Shown piece after piece: positions 38,929-49,215 of a stretch of 64,000 nt of DNA. The stretch is from Marsupella aquatica. Lineage: Eukaryota > Plantae > Marchantiophyta. Each line of letters opens with the position of its first letter. Position 1 is the stretch's first letter. The stretch covers positions 7,118,184 to 7,182,183 of the forward strand of contig OZ316895.1 in NCBI GenBank assembly GCA_973895155.1, written 5' to 3'. The notes under the pieces are model-generated. The model did not search any database. It was given only the letters and a program-made list of their open reading frames with translations, and was not told the DNA's origin. The position numbers and the translations under genes were made by a program.

Positions 38929-39800
38929 GCGTATGCACAAACTTCTCGAAGAACTGCTGAACCAGATTAAGAAGGAGAAGACTAAGACGTGAATGAAAAT
39001 TTTCAATTTATGCGTACGGTACCAAGTTTCTGAGTGATCCACATGATGAGGTGGTCCAGAGAGCAAGGTGGATGTCAGCAATCTTGTTTATCAAAAATCC
39101 AGAGATGTACTTAGGGGAGTTTGGGCTGGTTCAGGACAGCAAAAGTTGAGACAGAATACTAGATCTTAAGCCAAGTGTATATAGAGGGAGCAGCAAAAGG
39201 TTAGAGATCAGTGTGGAGGCCATAATGATTCATCATCTCGGTTCAATCGATATGTGGCGAGGACAATTCGATGACTGCAAATTAAAGCTCGTCGCACTAT
39301 ACAGTTAAGACCGCCTACTCATCATTTTGGAACAATTTTAAGACTTCGATGAATGCATGCCAAATAATTATTACAGTGCGCCAAATATGTTTTGATCCGT
39401 TCTGGATACACTCGTATTTGTGCATAAAAGTCATTTTGTTTTAATTTCTTCTCACAAGTTCCCAACGACATCGAAATTATCGATGTCAATGTTCCGATGC
39501 CACCATCTCAGGTCTAGCTAATGAGAAGTGCCCTTCCATATTTGAACACCAGCTTGAAAAGGCAAAATGTACGATTGAGGACCAGCGTCATACTGGGCTT
39601 GGAGTAAGTACACCATAACAATCATTCGGATATACATTTGACTGGCGACAAAGTGCAACGGAGTTGGATACTAACAAGTTTGGCATAAATCTATCACCTT
39701 GCTAGTACATCTCCTCAGAAGCCAATATCTACATGTAACTAATTGAAAAAACTTCCGTTAGCTGCAACATCTCAAGGTGAAGTTACTCTCTTAGAAATCC

Positions 39801-39842
39801 AGCCAGATTCTCAAGCCAGATTCTCAAGCCAGATTCTCAAGC
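39801..39842. repeat. 13-bp minisatellite x3 (agccagattctca)
   Basis: Read directly from the sequence. Confidence 0.9.
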
Positions 39843-39959
39843 TTCCTAAGTTAAAAAATTGTGGCCTAAACTTGAGAACCAAGGAACTCGTGAGAGGAAA
39901 CTAATTTGAGCGTCTTCACGATGACAGCGATGGTAAGCGGAGATCCCCGCTATGGTAGC

Positions 39960-41201
39960 TCAAGGCGCAGCCTGCGTCACCTTCGTCCCGTCCCCGGGCA
40001 GCTTAACTCGAAACAGCACAAATGGTTTCACTCTCGCGTCCACACCCCCACGAAATCCCGGCCCCAACCACAGCTGATTCTCCGTGAAGTAAAGATACCC
40101 ATCCGTGGCCACAGACATGGTATCCGTCCAGCTAAATCGGGGATCTCTCACGAACACCGAGACAGTTCCTGTGACATTGTGGTAGATGACAATCGAGTTA
40201 TCTTCCATGTTGCCGGCATAGATGTTGCCAGTCGAGTCCGTCTCCAGGCCATCACTGAACCCCTTCTGGCCAAGATTCTGCACCGCAGCATTCGCGAGGA
40301 GTTCGGAAAAAGGCCCGTTGTTGCGCAGGCGGGCAGTAGGCACAGCATAGAGCTCGCGCCCGCCGGTGGTCGAGAAATAGAGCGTGGAGCCGTCAGCCGA
40401 GAGCGCAATGCCGTCTGCTCCGAACCGGACGTTCCCGAGTATGCTGCCGTTCATGTACACGGGCATGCCCCAGATGAAAGGCACAAAGCCGGGAGTGGGA
40501 AGCACGGCGGGATTGTTCTCGAGGTGCCGCCATGCCTCGTGCGTGCCAAGGTCGACCGTCACTATGGCGTTGCGGCCCTCGGGGCTGCTGTCGGTGATGT
40601 AGGCAACGCCCTGGCCGGAGCTGGTGAGAGACGGATCGAGATCGAAACGCACGTCGTTGAGGTAGGAATCGGAGGGGGCAGCGGTTGACGAGAAGACATT
40701 CGTTGTGAAGATGCTGTTCGTCGAAAGGTCGACGCCTATGAGCTTCGGGCCGCCAAACGATGCTGCCACCATAGTTCCATTAGACGTTGCAGCTCGCCCA
40801 GTGTCCAAAATCCATAATCGGTTTGCTGGGTCGATGACCACCGATTGAACACCGATCAGGTAGTTCTGGTAATTGGCTCCGGTGGGAGGAGTCGTCGTGT
40901 AATTGATTCTGCCACCAGGCGGAGAATTGATCTCCGCATTCGGGAATGGTATCTCTGTGTCGTACGAATTCAGCTCCGCTACTGTCTAGGTTTGATCATT
41001 TTCGGGATCCAACGCAGGCGGATAGTTGGAAAACTTGCGTCCGTCGACAGCAACAGCAATACCCGTCGGCCACTCATCGTAGTACAGGTGAACGATTTCC
41101 ACATCCGGACCAGCTTTCCCTGGGTCCGAGATAATGTGCTGTGCACTGGGAAGGAGGAGAAAGGCACTTGACATCACGACGAGAACTATTTCTTTCCACA
41201 T
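39960..41201 (-). pseudogene. fungal-type major royal jelly protein / yellow family gene with one in-frame TAG (40988-40986)
   Basis: ORFs 40986..41201 and 39960..40841 share a frame and the 48 codons between them are open (TVAELNSYDTEIPFPNAEINSPPGGRINYTTTPPTGANYQNYLIGVQS). Signal peptide plus motifs VHLYYDEWPTGIAV, LWILDTGR, YLNDVRFD, GADGIALS, SDGLETDS and DPRFSWTDT. Intronless and GC-rich. Confidence 0.85.
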
Positions 41202-42537
41202 TGCGAGATTTAATTTGAAAACTAAGATTGATTAATGAGTATACGCACACACAAGTTGGACCAATGGATCCGCTAAACAACATAGCGCAAGGGTGACACA
41301 CCCATGATGTCTCATCTACTGCCAGTATCGTCAAAACTAATTCGATCAACCTAGGAGAGAATGCAGCACAAGGTAGACCGTAGGAGAAAGGGCCGAGACC
41401 AAGTGCAAGGGCAGAGCAACTTAAGGTAACAAATACGACCTTGACGAGCAGCTTTTGAGTGGAGTACGATAATTTCGCCAGAATGCAGCATGTAGTACCA
41501 GCAAACTAATCGTCAACAGGAACAGTAGATCTACAGAATGAAACTTAGAAATTGAAGGGAGCTTCTGAATGGCACCTAGAAACTTCAACAAGCTGTAGAC
41601 AACAGACGCCAATGTTACCAAATTCACAAAAGCATTGAGACATATGATACATAGGTCATGTCATGTGCTGAAAGTAAACTTTGCCGGTTTCAGACTTGTT
41701 AATCAGAAGTAATGATGAGTCATGACCACAGTTCAAGCTTAATGAAAGCAACCACTTAATTGAATTGTGATGATTGTTGGAACATTCGGTGACATTGGAA
41801 CGAAGCGAGCGTCGAAGTGACTCATTATGGACGAGGTTTCTGTGATTTAGTGATGGCCACCTCGTTCAATTCTTTTCCAGGTGGTCGAAACCAATTGACG
41901 TTCTTGTGGATCGTTTCCGGAAATTCCGCCCCTATGTTAAAACCGGATCCTCACAGCCTGCCAGCTGTGCAATCTCGAAGCATGCAATAGTTTTAGAGGT
42001 TGCCGCCAAAATCTGTTGGCACCAAAATCTTGCGACGTGTATGACCGACAAGGCGCGTGGAATCGAATTATCACGGCTAACCCAACCATACACCGGTGCA
42101 ATCAGGAGTGATGCCTTAGAATAGAGATAGGTGGTCAAATCTATTGAGAAACGAACCCGTTGTGGCTCTGCCGTATATGACAGAAAGCGTAACACCAAGA
42201 AGTGCTCTTCCCAATCGAACTTGTTCGCAAGCGATGGAAATTCGTTCGGGGTATGGACCATGGGTGCTCACTCCTGCCGATATCAACCTTTGATGACTGC
42301 ACTCGACTCAATTGAAGCTTTTCTGTTGCTGTATAAATCTATCGACTGCTGTACAAACACAATTTAAAGTAGTCTCACATATTAATTACAAAGCCCGGGT
42401 GACTTGCCAGCCGGGTCTTGTCACAAGTATTCGACCTGGAACGAGAGGTCCATCCATAGGAGTGTTTCCTGACAGTGGATCTACGTAGGACGACCATGAC
42501 TTGCGTTGAGATCCAATTAGCCTCTTTTCACCGGGTC

Positions 42538-42645
42538 GAGCAGATCAATTATCTCGTTAGGCATATGCTATCTGCTGACCAAATCAGTTATCTCGTTATG
42601 CACATGATATCTGTTGAACAGTTTAATTATCTGATTAGGCACATT
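42538..42645. repeat. 39-bp imperfect tandem repeat x~2.6
   Basis: cagatcaattatctcgttaggcatatgctatctgctgac-like units. Confidence 0.7.
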
Positions 42646-43911
42646 GGGCACAGGACGCACGTAGGCCGACAGGACATGTCAGATATCGGAGGCGCAGGTT
42701 GGAGATATTCCACGAATTCTCGATGACATCACATTGAACCACATAGCCACGACGTTGTGGAGGATAGACATTTACAACTTGGGGTCACAGAGTCGCGAGG
42801 TTTAAGTTTACGAAGCCATTGTTCGCTCTAACTCCACAGAGACACTAAACATTGTGAGCATCAGTGAAGAGGATCCTGTCCAAGTGCTAACTCTCTACTC
42901 AAGTTACCGTATCTAACAGCTTATGAACTCCTTGAACCCAATCGTATGATTCAAAGGGTCATCGAAAGGGTGAACTTGTCCTTCCTCCCCTCATAAATCA
43001 ATATTCTGCAAGGGAAGTCTCGTCCCACAAGAGTTCGGAAATCGAAATCCTTGGGTTCGACACGAGAGAGGAAAGCACGACGGGCCGTGTTAACATAAGT
43101 CGTGATCCTCGACCACTCTTGGACATCCTTGTAAGGACTTTTTTGCTCATGGGCTTTTAAAAGATACGAGTCACCTCATGGTTCAATGTAATCAGTCGTG
43201 GTTAAAAAGGGGACTCCTAGGGATCTCTAAGATGGAAAAACTTACGTCTAGAAACGATATGCTCGAAATTCATCTGACGCCAATGTCTCCATTTCCCTGC
43301 AGAAACAATGAGGCTTTCTACGAAATACACTAAGCCCGTCCTCAAAGATGGCCTAAACAGATCAGACAAGTCATGTGTTATCGATATTCCAAAATCTCAA
43401 TAGTTCTCTTCCTCCTCGGAACACTTTCTCTTGATGTCGACGTCTTGAGACCTTTCGAGAGAAGTAATGAGCTGAACAGCATGAGCAATAATCAATGGGT
43501 ATGTCCAAGGTTTCGAACACGGTTAGTTGCACTGGTATGATAGGGGTGCCTAATATGTTTACTTGAAATTGTATGATTATTTTCACGAGCCCCAGAAGAA
43601 ATTGCAGAACTACAGAAGGTACCCGTAGTGAGCGGCATGGTGAAGCCCTGTGCGTTGTCTTTTAGCATATACTCTGCACCTAGGATACGTTTTGAACACT
43701 GTAGCTGTATTTGTATTTCCTTGTGAAGGCCTTTACAAGAGTGGAAATAACTGTGTTATCTTCCTGCAGGTCGGACGGTTGCTCTTGATTACGAATGTCA
43801 TGAGACCCATCCAACCCGAGTTACACTGTCTGACTCCATCGCTATTGAGACACGCAAGGACTAACATCTCCCTTTCATGAAAGAGCAGCGGATCTAAATA
43901 GGACTCTATTT

Positions 43912-46756
43912 TCATGGCAGTTTTTGAGCCCAGTGTCTAAGGGTGGGAACCAAAGTTGTATATGCCTCGTCGTTTACGTAGAGCTTGACAACGTTCTCCC
44001 ATGCTGCTTGAGTCGGATGTACATCGTCCCAGATTACATAATTCTCTGGATCTTCGCAGAGAGTATAGAGCAGGTTTCCAGTCCGGTCAACACCTCCACA
44101 GTATCCAAAGCAGCAAGGCTTGATCGGTTCAGAAATATCTGAAGGCACAGTTCGAAAAAATTCCATTAGAATTTAACCACTTCCAGGTGATCGACTAAAG
44201 AGTTATAAGACTCAAATCTGAACGAACTACGACTCTGGCATGACAAATTGCCGACACTGTTTGGTGTAGTCTCAAAGTTGCGTCATGAAATAACCGTGCC
44301 GGTCTTCCCTTCCATCACTTCTGAATTTCGGCCATAAAAGCAAAAGAGCCACCTGTCCCACACATGGGGAGTCACTTACTTGGCCCTGTCACTACACTTT
44401 GTAGAAGAACTATATAAACTTTGACGATCCTACACTATTTACAGCTGGAAGAGGAGATTTCTTCGAAAGGAACAAAACATTATCGCCGAACCCCCAAATG
44501 TCTAACTTGCGTCAAGTGTTAAAACATTTCATCTCTAAAGAATCAATAACAATCGGGTGCTGAGACGTTGTGATTGACGCAGTGCTGCATTCCCTCTGAG
44601 TTGGTTACTACAGAAGGTAAGGCACTTACTGTATAGAGTCTTGTTCTTCTGAATCTCTTTCAGGGCATCACCCTGTCTCAACAGAACTAAATTTAGACCG
44701 GATAGATCCTTGGAAAGGGAGGCCAAAGTGGTCTCAAGAAGTAAATTATGGATGAACTCCAGGTTCTCCACCGTTTCATTGGAAGCGCAAGTCGTGTAAT
44801 TTGTAAGAGCCGTGCTCGCCGGGAGACAGTTCATAGGAGCGATTGTGGTTACCATTATATTCCTCAAACCGAGACTGTAGAGCTTCTGAAGGCTTTCCTC
44901 GATCAGACCCACAACCTCTTCTACAAATGCCACGTAATTCTGCAAGATCATCGCTCCAAAACATTAGACTACGAGAGGGTAAGTGTGCAATCTTTTCTAC
45001 ATAAAATTTTACAAATCTCAAATCCAAATAAATGGATGTTTCAGACTTAGTCAGCATTCTCATTCTGGGCTGCAAGAAATATCAGATTACCAAACCACTC
45101 TCAGAACCGTTTTCAGCCCCAGAGTGAAGTGGCGAATACTACGACTCAATGACGTACTGAGGAAAGACGGTACGACAATTAGAAAATGGTTAGTACCTCA
45201 ATATCGCCTTCATAAGTTGCGTAATCGTTACCGGAGGCACAGATTAGCGTCACCGAGGAAGCCAAAAAGTCCTTGGTGTAAATTCCTGACTTGACAATTG
45301 ACTCCAACCAGCTCACTTGAGTGCTAATTGTGGGCGCCCCATATGCGTAAGTTACTCCTGCTCCCCCCACAGCAAAGTTGGCACCTTGGAAGATAGTCTT
45401 CGCATTGGAATTTGCAAAAGCCGGTGGGGACTGGCATCCGGGTATCTGCGTAGCTAACCACAACCAGGCATCGAAGCTAACTTCAGAAAACTGGTTTCAA
45501 ATCATCGTCGTACAAATGGTAAATCGATAAAACCAAAATCTGCTGGGACGAATGCAAGAAATCACTCAATCCAAAAACAGTCTGGCCTCTGACTAGAGTT
45601 ATTTGGGATCCCTTCAGTGCAAGGACTCAAAGAACCGATCTGAGCAGGCCCTAGCTGCATACATCTACAGGTTTCTACTTTGAAAATCCCAATTAGAGTT
45701 TCGTGCTAGGACCAACATACATGTCGAGTCCATCAGAGTTTAGTTGCTGAAGACACACAGCATCAGGTGCAAGCTGAACAATTACATGAGATGTAACGAG
45801 AAAATAGAAAATATAGGAGTTCAGGGCTGAGTAGTACCCAGGAAATCAGGTTGAACGTATCCATCTGAGAAACGGCCAGTTGGGTGACCTGGCCAACTTG
45901 TACCGTAAGGAGATACGCTCGCCGGTCCACCAGGAATGTTCCCGACATCAGCATAAGAATCTCCAAATACGAAAAATGCTCTCCCCGCATCTAGCCATGG
46001 CAAAAGCAACTTCTAAGTCAGTGATTCTAGAAAGATTCTAGCTTTGTATCAGAGACCCAGCTCATTGCACAACACAGTGACAAAACAAACAAATCTGCAT
46101 TCCTCCGTTCTTCCTGTGGCAAATTTTCTAGAAATCTACCTGTGCCCTGTTTATTGTCCGGTGTCCACTTTTCGAGCCCATGAGCTTCGAAGTTAATTCA
46201 TTACTTATTACTAGTTCAATGCTTCATGGGCACTTTCTGTCATTGTTTCTAACTGGTTCGAACGGTAACACCAGCTCGAGCCACCCGTGAAGATAAAACA
46301 GAATTTAACAGTAAAAAACAATACTGGATTTGTGGAAATTGAGCTCTGCAGGCTTATAGTGTTACTGCACAGACCATGGACGTTTAAGAGCTCTTGGTAG
46401 ACGTGAATTAGGGTTCCAGTTCCACAGTCATCAGGCGGAATGGTGAGGATCAATTGGCCTGTGCTAAAGGTACTCCAATACTCTTCTGTGGAAAATCCGA
46501 CCTGAGGATTCTTACTCATTTAACGCCTGTTTCCCAGCTTCAGGAGGAATTGGAAGAACTGCTAGTCGGTACTACTCAACGTTGCAAAAATACCTCTTGA
46601 TATGGAAGACGAGAACAAATGGCCTCGGAAAGAGGTGTAACAACTTGCTGCAGCAGTGACAACCACAGCCAGAACGACCACCCGAAGGCGAATCATCGGG
46701 AATCTGGGAACCAAAGGTTGAACCAAAGGCTCGTTCTCGTCCCCCGGTCCACTCAT
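43912..46756 (-). CDS. GDSL esterase/lipase (At5g03610-like clade) without FAS1, probable N-terminal signal anchor, 369 aa
   Basis: Exons 46756-46594 (first exon less certain), 45990-45838 (FGDSYADVGN..GRFSDG), 45453-45197 (GANFAVGGAG, GNDY), 44939-44630, 44138-43912 (WDDVHP); total 1110 nt in frame. Confidence 0.88.
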
Positions 46757-47279
46757 CTTGCCGCCTCCAATTAAACTCTGCTTCAGTGAGATTCTCTGTC
46801 TTCAAGCTGAAACAACAGCGCAGCTCACAGTCGCTCCCAGATCAACATCAGACATCAGAAGCAACGCAAATCATCCGGCTTTCTGGACCCCAGACACCTC
46901 CCAAATTCTTGCAACCTCTTCCCCAGGCAAGCGATCGAAATTCGTCCCGGCAAGATGGCACCCAAAGAGAGTGCACCCTGAGAAGAAGATGGATTCCAGA
47001 GTAACATTTCAGACCTTCAAGATATGGTATGACGTCGTCCACAGCTGCAACGTCCAGACTTGAATCACTTGTGTCGCACTAGGGGCACGGCCACGTCGTT
47101 CCTCTCGCCTCCTTCCATTGCGAGGGCTCGCATCCGAGAGAGAAGGGTAGACGGGCCTGAGAAATTCCTGAGCTTTCCCACAATTATGCTCTGCTGCTCT
47201 TCGACTCGCTGCTTCTTCCTCACCTCGCCTCCCTCACTTCTTTCTATCGACTCCTTCGCTGCAAAGTCAATACAGTGAA

Positions 47280-47690
47280 CCGTGGATAAGTGCATCATGA
47301 ATAAGTGCATTTCGATACTGTCATGTAGTCCCCAAGTTTTAATGTTAGTGATTTTATTTGCAAATGCACCAAAATATGCAGGATAAGTGCATTCTGTGGA
47401 TGAGTGCAAGCCCACCATGTACACCTGTTAGAGTGATTTCCTTGGATAAGTGTAATTGGTGGATAGGTACAGACAGAGCAATATTACAGTGATAGCTTTT
47501 GTAAATGCACCAGAAGATGCACGATAAGTGCAGGTTGGCCATGTAGTACCCTAATATTACACTGAATTCCTTTGTAAATGCACCAAAATATGCCAGATAA
47601 GTGCAGTCTGACCATGTGTAGTCTGACCATGTAGTCCCCTCATATTATAGTGATTTTTTATGCTAATGCGCCCAAAAATGCAGTTTGAAA
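47280..47690. repeat. degenerate tandem repeats (gtaaatgcacca...gataagtgca units), likely transposon-derived
   Basis: ataagtgca and aaatgcacca motifs recur several times. Confidence 0.6.
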
Positions 47691-48142
47691 GAGTGCAGGT
47701 CAATCTATTTCACTAAATGACAAAATAGCGACATTAAAGGACATCCGTATATAAGTGTACACACGCATTTATCAGTTACTCCAATGCATACTTGAGAAGC
47801 ATTTCTTGCTGAGTGCAGCAAACAAGTACATAATGTCACTTCATGCATTTATCCAGATAATCAATATGGGGCTCCAGGTTTGAGAAGTCCGATGTATGTA
47901 ACCTGAAAACACAACTTATGGGGAAGTGCTTTAGCAATTTCCCATGCAAATATGGATAAATGCATCAATGATATATATATATATATATTGTGCACTTACA
48001 GCATAGTGCATTCATTGCAAAAGTGTTGGCTGGTGTTGTCTTCCCAGTAGCCTCCACTTAGACACTGGTCACTATAATGTGTGACTTACCCTTTGTGATT
48101 TTTCTGTATGTAAGTTTCAGATGATTTCTTGAAAAAGTGCAT

Positions 48143-48302
48143 ACTTTAGTATTAGCGTTATACACTAGAGTCATACAAGTTATAAGCCAAGTTATATGCA
48201 ATGAACTGGATAGAAAGACCTCTGAGAGGCTAAAACTTGATTATCCACAAGTCACCCCTCAGCTGAGTCACAAAACTGAGTGTATAACGCTAATACTAAA
48301 GT
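48143..48302. repeat. perfect 24-bp inverted repeat flanking a 112-bp spacer (MITE-like)
   Basis: actttagtattagcgttatacact (48143-48166) and agtgtataacgctaatactaaagt (48279-48302). Confidence 0.85.
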
Positions 48303-48434
48303 TATCTGGTTACTGCAAAATCTGGTTACTGCAAAGCACATCATTCTTCCCGTTTTCTCCCTACAGTTTTGCAATATTCTTTACCACATGTTCTTGAGCC
48401 AAAAGCATAATTATCCAGACCTCAGTTTTTTTTA

Positions 48435-48845
48435 GTTAACAGCTCTACTGGCAAATTTACTTTTTGTGAGTTAACTGCAGTAATGGGAGACTTTACTGTT
48501 ACTCTCTTGTGGGCTTAACTTACCACACTTCACTTATTTCAGCTTCTACAGTTAAAGTATAACTCGGATAAAACTGGCTCTAACTGGAAATTTACTTTTT
48601 GTGAGTTAACAGCTCTAATGGGAGATTTTCGTGTTACTATTTTGTGGGCTTAACTCACCACACTTTGATGAGTTTCACCCTCTACAGTACATCTTTTGTG
48701 GGCTTAACTCACCACACTTTTATGAGTTTCACCCTCCACAGTGCATCTTTTGTGGGCTTAACTCACCACACTTTTACGAGTTTTACCCTCAACATTTTTT
48801 GTGGGCTTAATTAAGTTGCCACACTTTTCTGAGTTTGAGCCTCGA
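48435..48845. repeat. tandem repeats with a tttgtgggcttaactcaccacacttt core (~54 bp and larger units)
   Basis: The core recurs at ~48508, 48641, 48695, 48749 and 48798. Confidence 0.85.
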
Positions 48846-49215
48846 CAATTACGTATAACTCAAATTCAGCCCAAAATCGCTGTCGAACTTTTACTCATGG
48901 ACTACTCTACTCGTTGGAGTCCATTCTCGAGAGAGCACTACAAAAGCGCGAAGATGAATGGCGCGCACAAAGCAAGGTCACAAGTCATTGCGTCCATTAT
49001 TATGAAGGAAAAGGGAGACCCATGTTGGAAACGCGGCTTCGTGAATTTGTAGCTAACGAGAATGCGGTGATGTTGTGATGCAATTTTAGTGAAGGCCACT
49101 GAATTGAGTCACCGCATTACAATTGGAGTATCAAGCAGCTGATTACGGCAGTGGCAGCTGAGCTGACCCTCGCTCTGCCCTGAATTGGGTCGCTGATGGA
49201 TTTGATGAACCAGAG

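Noticed and set aside
39906-40688. 260-aa + strand ORF antisense to MRJP
   Set aside because: Expected shadow ORF of a GC3-rich gene; no recognisable motifs.
42419-43095. Possible solo LTR (TGTCAC...TGTTAACA)
   Set aside because: The flanking 5-mers (ggtct and taagt) do not form a TSD, and no PBS or PPT is evident.
46848-47424. ORF fragments upstream of the third GDSL
   Set aside because: They overlap repeat arrays, have no recognisable domain, and do not splice convincingly into the GDSL.
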